Source of the DNA: Phoronis australis
Taxonomy: Eukaryota > Animalia > Phoronida
Reading direction: 5' to 3'
DNA length: 64,000 nt
NCBI GenBank assembly: GCA_002633005.1
Contig: NMRA01000647.1
Coordinates: forward strand, 151,050 to 215,049
A program made the position numbers and the translations under genes. Under the pieces are notes generated by a model. The model ran no database searches and was not told where the DNA came from. It saw nothing but the letters and a program-made list of their open reading frames with translations. Below, piece by piece: positions 1 to 12,665 of the stretch (the stretch's first letter is position 1; every line of letters begins with the position of its first letter).

Positions 1-417
1 ATCAAGCAAGTTCTCAAGAGATATCGCAATGCCTCATAAGCCCCACAACACTAGTTCTCGTGAGTGACTTGGACCTACAAAACGCACCCGATGTTAAACT
101 GCATTTCCTACTGTATCTAACTGTCAGGAAAACCAAAATCAAAAGTTGATTACTCAGGTCAATACGATCACAGGTCTTTTACCATGACAAAACTTCATTT
201 CCTTTGCCACTAAGAATATTGACTGGTGAAGAAACACTTGAGAAAATCAAAGGGCAGCTCAAGGCAGCACAGGATTCAATAGGTGTACTAAGACAGGCTT
301 TTGCATTAAACTTTCAAGACATAATCTAAAATGATAGTTTGGACACATTATCCCACTACACTTTGTTCTGTCATTGAAACTTTGCATGTAACTGTGAAAA
401 GGTCAGCAATTACAAAC

Positions 418-606
418 CCCTGCTCTGGGCGCAGATCTCAGTGGTCCTCTGGTGCCATCTGGTGCTTTCCTGGCAGACAATACTTGAACAGTCTGCACTT
501 CATAGCTAGCCGATGAACTTCCAATTTTGAACTTCTTCTTAATCTTACTGAAGAAGCCTCGAGATTTTTCTTTTCCACCAAAGGCATCCATTTTGTCATT
601 GGACAT
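418..606 (-). CDS. Probable first coding exon of an unidentified gene continuing off the left edge (MSNDKMDAFGGKEKSRGFFSKIKKKFKIG...PRAG)
   Basis: Acceptor cttacag opens the exon at 618, ATG at 606, 63 open codons, phase-0 donor GTTTGT at 417. A candidate non-coding first exon (donor GTAAGT at 5570) lies in a CpG-rich region at 5.2-5.9 kb. No family recognised. Confidence 0.45.
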
Positions 607-892
607 CCGATTGATTGACTGTAAGATCAAGCAAGAAAGTTTTAAATCAATTTTGAGTTCTCTTAAGTTATACAGTAACCACTTCCCGAAATACCACAAC
701 ATCCTCTCTTGATTCTGCGATATTCACCCATAATGCTATGTGGCCGTAGAACAATTGGCTGTCCCTAATATACTGCAGTTGTGCCTATCAAATGTTATGT
801 TTCGTATTTACATTGTATCAGTTTGCCAATCATCATTCTAATGCCAACCAATGTAGCAGAGTAAGCTGCAACACAGACACACCATAAAATTT

Positions 893-2021
893 AACAAGAG
901 TAACGCAGGGTATTGAAATGCACCCACAAATGTACCACAAACGGTGTGCTTGAAGGGGTGCTTATTTGGATCATAAAAATGGTAACTAGATGATGCAAAA
1001 TACCTCGAATCCATCCAAAAACTGATACGTGTCATCAAAGCTATTTACCAAATTTCATAAAAATCTGTCAAGGAACTTTTGAGAGAAAAAGGAAAACGAA
1101 AAAATGTAACTGCCACTAAGAGGCGCCATAGTAGAAGAATTTGTTGGAAAATCACCATCAGACTTCCTTTTCACATTAGGAACATATACCAATTTCCACA
1201 AGCATCCTTAGAGTAGTTACGTTGATAAAGAGGCAAACGTCAAATAACAAAACTCGAAAACAGTAAAAATGGCCACAAGGTGGTACAAAATACCACAAAT
1301 AAAACTGAAAACCAGAGGATAGCATCAGTTCACTAATAGATGCTTATCTATCAAATTATATAAAAATCCGTTGACGACCCAGGAAGATACAGATGTAAAC
1401 GTAAAAACTAAAATTGCCACTAGGGGGCACACTGGTGGTCCGATCCGTACGAAAGTTGTTCTCTGTTGTCAACTTCATGTACATACACCAGCAAAATTCA
1501 ATAAAGATCCTGTAGAGGGCTTAAGAAATATAGCCATGGACCCAAAAACAAAACAAAAACTGCCACTAGGAGGCGCCACAGTACTCAAAGTCATCAGAAA
1601 ACCATCGTCAGCTGCCCTCTTCACAGTAAGAACTCCTATGCCAATTTTCAAAATCATCCCTAGAGTCGTTTGGTCGAAAACATTGAAAATGGCCACTAGG
1701 TGGTACAAAGTACCTCAAATCCATCCAAAATGGGAGGATGGAATCATCTCACTAATAAATTCCTAAAGTCTGCCAAATTTTATGAAAATCGGTTGAAGGC
1801 CACCGAAGATATAGAGGCAAGCGTAAAAAACTAAAATTGTCACTAGGGAGCACACCGGTAGTCGGAGAGGTCCGAAATTTGTTGTCATACGTCCTCAGGA
1901 ACACATCTGTCAAATTTGAGATCCTATGTGGGGTACATGTGCGGATGACAGATGCCCGGACACCCAGACAGACAGAGATGAGAGCAATATGCGACCACAT
2001 ATAAACATGAGGGAGCATAAA
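893..2021 (+). mobile_element. Non-autonomous Helentron/HINE (DINE-1/Pearl-like) element with internal ~130-160 bp tandem array
   Basis: Starts AACAAGAG in an A/T run. About 7 diverged monomers share ccaaatttcataaaaatc-like and ccactagg motifs. A GACA/GGAC microsatellite lies at ~1940-1978, followed by a short palindrome ending ...gggagcataaaaa. This is the layout of invertebrate HINE-type elements. Confidence 0.7.
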
Positions 2022-4293
2022 AAGGTTGACAGCCATCATAAAACCGTTCTCCACTTGTCCAACTATGGTCAAAAGTGTGAAGTTAGTGGCCTTTTGGAAA
2101 CTAAGTCAGTATACAATGTGTTTTTCTAATACTGTGAAGGTGAATTGAACCCGAAATTTTTAAAAATTATCTTCAAAATTGACTAAATATGCCAGCAGAA
2201 CAGGCCACAAATGTGTTGGAGATAATCCTCACCACTGACATCCACACAGACACACGTCTGGTACGACTCATAATCAATGTGTATGACATACCTGAGTAAA
2301 TGATGTCACTTCAAAGATTACTCAGAGCAATAAACGCCCACGCCTTTGGTCAAAAAACACCTGTTGCCGTGATGACATACTAGTAGGCCACTCACAGTGT
2401 CCCTCAATCAGGCTTTAGGTCACACTGTTAAATTGTTTGATAGGGTTTGGTTTAGATTCAGCTGAGTGGACTTCCAGGTGAATTCAAATAGTAACCAGTT
2501 TCAGTTAAAATGCAATGACATCACTTTGGATGAACATATATACAGAGCTGACAAGAGTTACATTACAGTCAAAAACATGGTTTAAATGCTAGTCTTCAAT
2601 GAGCATGCTGGTCTGTTCAAATATTCACTGAACTGTTAACTTTTTAACAACAGGAACTTGAAACTCTATACTTATGACCTTCATCACTTTATAATTCAGT
2701 TGGCTATTTTAGGACATCAGACACAGCAGAAAAGTACTACTATGATCAATAAATGCTGTTAGGATACAGAACAACAATGAACTGATTGAGAGCTGCTGTG
2801 GATGAACTTGTGTTCCTACTCAGAAAGTGAAAGGGTTCAAGAAGGCGACTTTTAACAAAATATTGCCTTTTGAAACATTCAGTTCAGTCTATAGTCTACC
2901 AGACATTACCTTAATTGCACTAATGGTGAAAAATCTTAACTTTTGGAATGGGAATACTGAATACAAACCCAAAATTCAACATTCAAGCCTCACTGACCAA
3001 CACTTCTGTGGCCACCATACTGTTAGGACCTGTAGGCTAGTACAGTAAGCTCCTGAGCATTGACTCCTAATACTCCCTTTTTGTTCTCGTGATTTTGCGA
3101 TTATGAGGGATCTTGCTTTCTCACAAGAAACTAGGTCTAACAAATGCACTCCAGCAGTGCATAGCAGGAAACGATCAACAAGACGGGATTCGCCTTGAAG
3201 GGATCTAACTTATGGACACCCTGGCTCAAATTTAAGACACTCTACAGGTAGCTTGGATCATGCTCTGTTGCATTTGGATACCCAAGTACTTGTAAGCACT
3301 GGTGTCTCTTTCAAAGTGTTAACAACAGCTATGATAAGGATAGTCAAGATGTGATGTACTTATAAGGAAACAAAAAACTTTATTGCAGACTCATGTCTCC
3401 ACAACATAACAAAGATTTGACTTGGAGTCATGAAAGAGCAATCACACGTCACTGATCACCGACTATCTGAGAAATTGGGTAACCTGTTTCGGAGAGCCTG
3501 TTTGGAAATTTCATGGATGAACCTCTGGCCACAAATTCGAAATAATGTTCTTTAGTACTCTGATAAATCAGGCTTGTGAAGATTTAAAGCAAATGAAAAC
3601 GCAGAATTTAAAACATTCAAAATGTACACAAAAGTGCACCTACCCTCATATCTAGATATTAATTCTGCTTTAACAAACACTAGTGTGAGCAGTACTAGCA
3701 TAATCAGAGGAAGTTTGCTCTAGTTGAGATTAATACTATTGTATGAAGATATATACTTAAATGTTTATCTTCACCTCCTATTGTCCCTTAAGGTCAGCTA
3801 TGTGTACATTTGTGTGCTGCCTAGTAATAACTGCACAATATTCCAGTGCAAAGAGAGACAAGAGCTTGAAAATATTAATTAACCAAATGAAAGCGACACT
3901 GTGCATTATTTCCTAGTTTCACTTTGTCCATTAGTTTCAGAGACCTGGGTAGTTAGCACACTTGTGAGCCATATCATCACAAAAAATAACCATTCAAAAC
4001 CTGTTTCGTCAGTCTTACAGAACTCAACACAGGGAAATTATTTCTGCAACATTCCCATAATAGGGAAATTGGATGACTCATTTTATGATATTTTAGTGAG
4101 AAACAAAACACTGTCATTGAAAATAATGTTCAGTGTCGTATCTCCAGCATGAAATGTACTTCGTCAGTGGAATGCGTGAATTCTGGGGCAAATGAAACAC
4201 GCACACTCAAACAACAAGCAGCTAATTTTTTGATGACCAAGAGACATGACTGAATTTAAGTATTCCGTTGCCATTTATAGGACATTACAGTGC

Positions 4294-4872
4294 TAGACAG
4301 TACCACTGTCTCAACAGACCCATTAGAGACAGTGGCCATCCCATAGGCCCTTCGTGAACCGGATGCTTTTCCGCAAATTATGCTCACATTGATTAAATCA
4401 TCAAAATCGTGTTGCCACAAGTACTTGTTTCGCATAGAGGAGCACCTTAGGAGGCCACTGATGTCTTTAATTCCTTCTAACTCAAGCAAATACGTACTCA
4501 CACAATCAAACTTTTCTTTCGAACAGTTCTTCGTTCAGCTGCCAATTTGGGCTCATGCCAGGGGATATGACGTCATATGTCATGACTCCTGGCGCAGGCA
4601 GTGTAGAAATGGCGAGTTGCTGACTTATTGGGAAACTTAACGAAGAATCAGTGCAAAAAAGTTTGATTATGAGAGTATTTGTTCGAGCTACGAAGAGTTA
4701 AATACATCAACGGTCTCCTAAGGTGTGCCAAAAAGGTGTTTAAATCGCAACATTATTTTTATGGTTTAATCAGAGTGAGGCATAATTTGCTGAAAATGTT
4801 TCGGCGTATGGAGGGTCTATGGCATGACCACCATCTCTATACTGGGGCCAGTTGAGATGGTGGCACTGTCTA
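4294..4872. mobile_element. MITE with long imperfect terminal inverted repeats, TA-flanked
   Basis: Left end tagacagtaccactgtctcaacagacccc...cccataggccctt is the reverse complement of right end gagggtctatggc...ggggccagttgagatggtggcactgtcta. A second partial copy lies at 41615-41862. Confidence 0.75.
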
Positions 4873-5570
4873 ATTAGGATGCAGGACTGTATTACTGCGA
4901 TGCTGTCCACCATTTTATGATATTCAGTATGACGACTGATTAGTACACACAAGTGTGTGGGTAGAAAACTATGAGAACTCGCCTGTCACTCTTGGACTCG
5001 GAGCACATTTCTCATCACTAGGTGCATCTAGCAACTCAAACTCTGAATGACAGTCATGTGTGTTTACCTTTGAGCAGATAACTTAACCAAGTCTTCTACA
5101 ACACAGACAGCTACTCCAAATGACCTTGATTCTGTTTTAACAGCACAGGCTAGTATAATACAAGTTAAGCTATGCCTTATGCCGATTTGTCATTCCAGTA
5201 CACGCACTATCGGCGACCTCATGAACTCGGTCAGGGCGCAGACGTCATTTGATTTTGATCATTAAAATAATTAAATGTACATTGACCTTGAAGACGACAT
5301 CAAATGTATTGTTGTGCCCTCCCTTCTAGTTCTACTCAGACTCCGGACCACTAATGCTTCGGCGGAGACGGATTAATAACACTTCCCACTTCCTACGCTC
5401 AGTTTTGGTCGCCGCACTTTTTCTGTCATCTGACAATGACATAATCTGATAATCAGCCTGAATCGCGGGATAACCTGCGATGCCGAATGGCCACCTTTTA
5501 GAGGCTTTGGACAGTAGGCCTGACAAGATATCAAACGGTTATTGTGAAATGTAAAACAGTGAGCACTTAC

Positions 5571-5900
5571 AATCAAGTTTCAAGAGACCATTTTAGCGTG
5601 ATCTGTGACAGTCGAACCCCACGCAGTGACGACTTCCTTGTGTTGTGTTGTGGGTGACCCTTTCACAGGACAACTCGTCCCCAAGCCTCAAGATGGCGCT
5701 GATCGCCAAATGGCCCATCAGCGTCATCTTGAGGTTTGGGGACGAAGCTGTTAGGGATATTTCCTGCGTGGCTAGACAGTTCGTTTTCAGTGAGTTGCCT
5801 GGTCTTAGATTTAAATTCGAACCTTTGACTTGCGTTGACCCGCGCATGAAGCGAAATTGACACATTTTGTGCTTTTTTCCACACCGATCGCTCGATAGAC
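5571..5900 (-). promoter_or_regulatory. Putative promoter/5'UTR exon of the left-edge gene
   Basis: Locally CpG-rich; minus-strand donor GTAAGT (cacttac) at 5570; YY1-type motif AAGATGGCG near 5690. Confidence 0.3.
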
Positions 5901-6479
5901 CAGCCAGTCCCCCATTTATTTCCAAATATGTGATTATTACAGATCACAGATCGTACAAGTTCAAAGTAACTGGAAAAGGGGGCCATAGAAGTGTGAGATA
6001 GTGACCTCCTGGTAAACTACAGTACAACATCTAAAACTAATTTACCAGAACGAAATCATTCTTAATCTCACCATCTACAATACATAAAGTATAAATATAA
6101 ACTGAATCTAGTTTTAACAACTTAATTAACTACGGCAATAACATTTATCAAATTATGACTGGATGTACGTGTATGTATTTTATATCAATCCAAAAGCTAA
6201 GATTCAGTTCCGAATTAATATGAGTGATATGATATTACTTTAAAATGAGACATAAATAACGCGTCTAAAACAATATCGACTAGAAAGGGTAATATACAGA
6301 GAATATGCTGGCAAATATGCTTAAATATAATAAGGAGATGAAAGATTGAGAAAGGATAGGACCACCGTTTATTACAGACCTTTGAAAATAACATAATTGT
6401 CTACATCTACATTATACGTGGAAATAATTTTATATTATAATACTATAACGAAATGCTTACTTACTATAAGAATGGAGAA

Positions 6480-6630
6480 ATGTCATGTGAGGCAATTAGT
6501 GTGCTTTTAGAACGCCGGGTTGTTGAAAACATTAAGTGAAACTGACTGTTCACTGTCGGTGGCTGTGAGACCATTCCAGAGTCAGGTCCCGGCTCTTACT
6601 GTAAAGGCCCTATACCCAAGGTCAGTTCTA
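6480..6630 (-). mobile_element. Degenerate CR1/L2-type LINE 3' remnant
   Basis: Minus strand reads RTDLGYRAFTVRAG.../LWNGL, resembling the GxRAFSxxGPxLWNxL C-terminal motif of L2/CR1 ORF2; frameshifted. Confidence 0.4.
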
Positions 6631-9600
6631 CTGTATAATATACTGATGATGTGTAAATTTCCGATGTTCGTTGAATTATAGTATACTTAGTATACATTAA
6701 CTGCAAATTTTGAGGAAGCGTTTTTATTTGGCTTGATACATTTTTATTAATTGTAAGAAGTTTACTAAATCAATCAATTTTAAGGTTCTGAACCCCGTGA
6801 AATAAAGAAGTTGTATGTGCATAAAATGTTTCTTTCGCAACTATTCTTAGGGTTCTCTTGTGCAACAGAAATAATGAATTAAGTGTTGTGATACACCGTG
6901 TAGCCGCACGACTAAAAAATCGCAGTTTCGGGAGTTGAGGCGGAAATTTGAGCCTTACGGTGTTCGCTTATATACGCGCTTAGTTCTCAAGTCAATCCAA
7001 AGATAATGAATAATCTATGACCAATTAATTACTAACTTTGGCGGAAGCTCAGTTTCCAGTTCGACAAAAAGTGGTCAACAACACGGACAGCTCACTCACG
7101 GAGTTACAAGAAATTTCCAAAAAAAAATTCCAAAATTACGCCCATAAAAGGGCGTATTTTCGCTAGTTGTTTGGATAATCTGAAGGATTCTTCTAAAATA
7201 CGTACGAAATAAGTTCTTCACTGTAAAGTTTATTTGTTTTGGCAAGATATTTTGTGATGGGAATTGCAATTTCACTCAAACGACTATCAATTAACAACCA
7301 TAGGGTTATTTGCGGCAACTAGCCGTACATGTATTAACACAGTATACAGATTTAACCTACTGGTATTTGCTGAATGTGAACTTTACCGAATTCTTACTAG
7401 TAGCTTACAACTACAAACTAGCAAAACATGGCGAAGAGAGAAAATTCAAGTTAGAGAACCGAGTACTTCAGTGAGTTACCCGTCCTGGCCAGCCAGGACA
7501 TAGTTTGCACAGTAGATCGTCCAATTCAAACACATTTGAAAATTACGTGCACTTAACCATTCTTTCATGTACACTTTCAAATCACGAGAAAATTTGTAAA
7601 GTACAACTTTTGAAAGCAAAAGTAGGCTGAGCACTCAAAAATAACGAAGACATATTTTGCTCTGTTTTCGTTGTTTTATGGAAATTGTATATCACTTGAT
7701 AAAAATTAAGATCCTGACAGAGAGCATCAGTTGCTGCGGTACGTTTCCTGTTTGAAATTATATGACTCTTTATATTTACCCACCCAGCCCTTGGAGGGTA
7801 TCCGTTGATGGCATCCATGCGGCCATCCTTTTTGTGGCTGCCAGCAACCGGAAGGCTTGGGGACCCAGCAAAAATGTTTTAACAATTAACCCCACTTTAT
7901 AGCGCGTATTCTCCTCGTTAAACCTGATGAAGTCCCGTTTAAATGTCATAAGTTGTGAGAAGCTCTTGACAATTGTATCATCTCTAATTTTTTATTTTTT
8001 TTTTTACCCAGAAAGCATATCATTAATGAACAGTAGATACGGCTGGGGTTGGGTAGCCCCAACTACGTATCTTTACAACTTACTAGAGTATAATACATCG
8101 TCTTAATTAAACAAACAAGTATCTGGAAATTACTCCTAATGATTGGGCGAATAATTAGCCGAGAATAATATGAAAGGGGGGGAAACGGGAAGGGGAAGGA
8201 CTTTCATACACTCATTCACACTCACATTCACACGATTTAGTTAACTTAACTTATGTTTGCATTTACGTAGGTGCATATTTATGAAAAGGTCAATTTTCTT
8301 AGTAAGCTAACGAAAGATTAAAAAAGCGGCATGCCAATGTATACGAAGTTAAAATGACACTCGACTTCTTGAGTTTAGTTTGCCTATGTTCCACTGGAGT
8401 GAATTTAACTTAAATGTCATTATAAAACTCCACCGAATTCATCCGAGAGTTGCCGGAAAATTCACTGACAAAAAGTGACCCGGGCTTAGTAAGTCAGCCT
8501 GGAGTTCATAGTTTCTAAACAGATAATACGTTGGGTTATTCATTCAGTTTTTATTACGCTTCTTATTCCATGCACGACACGGCACAAGGTCAAAATTTCA
8601 GACATAACAGTTTTGGTATGAGGAAATAGAATTCTCGACAAGCTCTGTTATTCGTGATTGTAATTAGGTTTTGAAAGTGCAGTGTTTACAATGAGTTCTC
8701 ACTAATTAGTTAGGAGCACCACAGACTGAGTCAGTAATCACACTCGGGCCTGTGATGCACAACTTGAGTACAATCGCACTTCGCCCGATTCCCTGAGACA
8801 ATGATGTTGCCCCCCTTATGGGGCCGGACTGGGTGTGGGCCACCCAGTCGACCCGGCCCTCGATCGACACTATGACGACCCCCGGCCAAGACGCCCTCGA
8901 CCCGGCCCGACAGTGTGGCAATGTAGTAGGTATCTGTGCGCTTTTTACATGTTTCGTAATCTTTTTACGTCGCTGGGTGACTTCAGTAACTATTCTATCA
9001 AGCTTTAATTGTGACTCGGAGACTAGCCGCTAGAATTTGCACTGAGTACGTAGTTTCCGGCTGCCTGCTCGCGAGCAGGCGACAGAGTTTTGGTCGAGGG
9101 TTGCAGTTATCAAATGAAGAGAAGCCTGCTTTCATTGATTCATTTCCATTTTGTTATCATTGTTCATCAAGGGAGTCTTGAGGTACTGTTCCATACAATT
9201 AGCCATTCAAGTTCACTAAGTTAGCTTTAACTCTTCATACGTACCGGTACATATGCATGTTCGTAAATCACTTGTCATGTAGTTGTAGTTTCATGATTGT
9301 GTGTATCTGCCATAACCTCACGGAGAGGATCGTTACAGAAATAAACATGTTCTATGTTCTAAATCTGTGTTCTATGTTCTAAGCATTCCCGTGCTAGAGC
9401 TTTATGGTAAGTGGTGTACACCAATCCGCGACAACGAAAGACCCTGGCTTCCCTAGCGGCCAACGATGGAGTGAAAAGAAAGTTATATAAGTTTTCCCGT
9501 CGCTTGCCGCGTACACAAGAGGGCTGAGTCAAGAGTAAACAGAGTTTACCCTGGTATAACTCATTGTTTGCATAAAGCTGTACAAAACTCCTGAGCCTTA

Positions 9601-9732
9601 AAGCTGACGAACATTTGTGTGATATCGGTCGCATTTTGAAGACGTTTGTATTCAGTACACGCCTTCGTCACCAAATCTAGTCAATATAGCTGCCATATTT
9701 TTTGTATCAAAGAACGAATTTCTATTTCAAAG

Positions 9733-12665
9733 ATGACTGCAGAGATTGAAGAACAAGTAAGTAGACTAATTATAAATGTATGTATTGATTGTTGGATCGT
9801 CTTTCTTGGTCGCTGAACATGAAAGAAGCTTCGACAAACTCGGGACAGGTGGACCGGCAGTCGACTGCGCGTCTCAGCTCGCCGTAACTAGAGATTCACT
9901 GACCATAAGGATGAAAATTAAGTCAGGAGCTTAGACAAATGCATGGATATATTTTATTAAATTACTAATTAATTAATAAATTTCCCATAAGTGAATAATG
10001 TAGGGGACAGTTCGCTGCTTTGGCGTTGTCTTTTTACTTTGTGTGACATCGCAATCCACTATGGGAAACTGGAAATCTTTTCGTTATATTTTGTCTTATA
10101 CTATTTACTATACAGTGTAACTACGAATTACACGTTGAACAGTGGCTTGCCTGCAAAAAGCTTTACGTGTTTTCAGAACGCCAAATACATGATACGTGAG
10201 ATCGAAAAACTTCGGGGGGGGGGGGGGGGNGAACCCCCCCCCCCCCTCTATTTGGCGATGTGGGTAAAAAAAGTCCGCCTCAGAGAAACAAAAAGTCCTA
10301 AAGAGTAGAAAACGAGACAAAACCCTATTAGAAAGGCAGGGACTACCAAAATTCGGCGAATGAACAATTCATAGCTCTGAATGTACCCGTTTTATTTTAA
10401 AGTCCGTATTCTCAAAAATTTGAGCCCCCCATTTATTAGGCTGGGTGCGCACATGTACAAGATGATTGTATTGATGATTTTGTCCTTGAATGACACTTAT
10501 GTTGATTCATTAACTTTTATTTACAGAAGGCGGGAAAACGTGGCCACAAACCTCTTCTAGCGTTTTTGATCCTCTTCACTCTCATCTTCCTGATATTTAT
10601 CGTAGCTATAAACTATTTGTCGACGACACCTATTGGGAGGAGTTCAGGTAAGACGATGTACATGTAGGTCACTGAGAGGGTGTACACTTAGTGATTAGAC
10701 TCATTACGTTTTGAAAACTCTTCACCTTTGTGCTAACTCAATTTTTATATTATTGATATATCATGACAGTTGCGTTAAAATACCATTGATGAACATTGCA
10801 AAATTATATAAAAGTTTCCTAAAATTTGAGGTCACGATTTAATTCCTCATATGCAGCACCACCGATCTCTGAACCCTTCATTTTTAGTTGCATTCGTCAT
10901 TGTACATGGCAAACCCATGGACTGAGTGGAGATCAGTAGATCAGGTAGTGCGTCAACAAAAAGATTCAAACACCGCCGCTAACTTGATTTATCCCGCTGT
11001 TTCTTCTTGATCCGGGTAATTACTGCTGCGTCAGGATTTCAAAGTAATAAAAAGAATGGGCTTCAAGAAATATCCAGCGGCCCAATAAAAGTTGTGTTTG
11101 ATGTCTGCTAAACTTTTTCGAATAATTTTGAATATCCTAGCCAGTGACGTCTTGTACAAGTAGCAAACGTGTCAAGTTCACTGTGTCGCCTGCAAGACTT
11201 AGCACTGTTACAGTATTTTTAAAGGAAAATGAATAATGAATATGCAAAAATGGACCCACTTATGGTGGAATACCCGAAAGCCACTTACATGGATTCCGCA
11301 CTTTGAGAACCAGATTGATTCATTGGAGAAAATTGGTTATCAAACTGGTTTTCAAAATGTTGAACACTTGTAAGTGACTATTACTCATTTCCAGTCTCAA
11401 GGATTTTAATTTAGCAAGTGTTTCGTGTCATTCAAAATTTGTTGCATGGATGTCTTCAGCACTTTAGCCCTGATTGGCGCCATTAAGGCTAATTTTGCCT
11501 CTAATCATCGGGATTGTAGAATAATGATACCGTACTCCGCCGGCGGAGCTCCACTGCATGAATACCGCGTTTACAGCGGTGCTTGCAGAAATCTCATTAT
11601 CATATCCGGTGTGTTCCCTAAACGCTCATTTAATAGAAACAATTACTTACAGACTATGCGAAAACAGTTTAATCTTTGAATGTACCTTTTTTACCCACTT
11701 CATAAGACTCGATAATAAAGTGAACTTGTACATGTGAACACCTCAGGAGAAAAGCTGCAGGGTGGGAAAACTTCCCTGACCAAGGCTCAGCGTTAACGTA
11801 GTTAACATGCAACTCTTTTGCTGATTTTGTAGGTCTTTTCCTCAACTCGACTACCGAGGTGTCAAACAAGCACTATGTGGAGATAACGCCAGCAGGATGG
11901 GTCTTCACCATTTGGCTTGTCATATACGCGTGGCAATTATTGTGGCTGTTATACGCTGTGGCCGGACTTTTCAGGAAGAACCACGATGGGGCACCCTTAT
12001 ACGCTCACCCGGAAACACAGTCACCAGTCATGTACTTGAGTTATTTAATCAACCTGGGCTGCAACTTGGCATGGATGTTGTTGTTCGATCGTCAGTATAT
12101 CGGTTGGTGTCTTATTCCAATTGCCTTGCTTCCATTTACACTCTACGTCTGCATGGTCTTGTCACACAGACGACTCATGCAGTACGGCCACGAAATGACG
12201 CAAAACGGCATGAGGATAGACATTTGGATGATTCGAATTTTCATCCAAAACGGGATGGGAATCTACGCCACGTGGACCTCGATCGCCTGTCTCATCAATT
12301 TCGCCATGGTTCTAACGTACAGAGCCAATTTCGACCAAAGCTTAGCTTGTACCATATCATTATCCATACTCATGGTGGAGGTTACAGCTTGGTTTATACT
12401 CGACGTAGTTGTCTTCGAGCGCTACACAAGATATCTCGTAACCCCATACGCTGTCGTTTGCATTGCCCTTGCTGGAAGTCTTGCGAAGAACTACAACGCA
12501 ACAGCCAACAACACAATCGCCACGGTGGTTTTACTCGTGGTGGGTATAGCGGCTACTGTTGTGAAAGTAGTCATGTTATTTTACCGCCATTTCACTCGAC
12601 CCGTATTCAGTAATGGAAATGAAAAACACGAAGCCACCAAAGAGGAGGAAGACACCAGAATGTAA
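9733..12665 (+). CDS. Multi-pass membrane protein, TspO/MBR-like uncharacterised family (si:ch211-161h7.5-related), paralog 1. Exons 9733-9756, 10527-10647, 11833-12665
   Basis: Three GT-AG exons join in frame (MTAEIEEQ|KAGKRGHKPLLAFLILFT...|GLFLNSTTEVSNKHYVEITPAGWVFTIWLVIYAWQ...). About 8 hydrophobic segments. TPAxWxFxIWxxIY and GxxxYATWxxIAxxxN motifs. Same exon structure as the two paralogs. Confidence 0.9.
10188..10455 (-). mobile_element. MITE copy A (CATGCGCGCACCC-terminus family), in intron 1 of paralog 1
   Basis: Ends aatttgagccccccatttattaggctgggtgcgcacatg; internal aaagtccgcctcagagaaacaaaaagtcc. Reverse-complement match to 14985-15233 and 32507-32703. Confidence 0.7.

Noticed and set aside
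1371-1766. 131-aa ORF inside the tandem array
   Set aside because: Chance ORF within a non-coding repeat element.
2330-3330. Possible SINE core-domain fragments
   Set aside because: Only a vague resemblance; no Pol III boxes or second copy in the window to support it.
7920-7960. CTGATGAAG possible hammerhead start
   Set aside because: No matching stem II or GAAA follows.
11897-12613. 238-aa overlapping ORF in a shifted frame of paralog 1
   Set aside because: Stops in this frame need a T-ending codon before K/N/R/S/D/E codons, which are rare in transmembrane proteins. The frame is not kept open in paralogs 2 and 3, and the product has no recognisable features.
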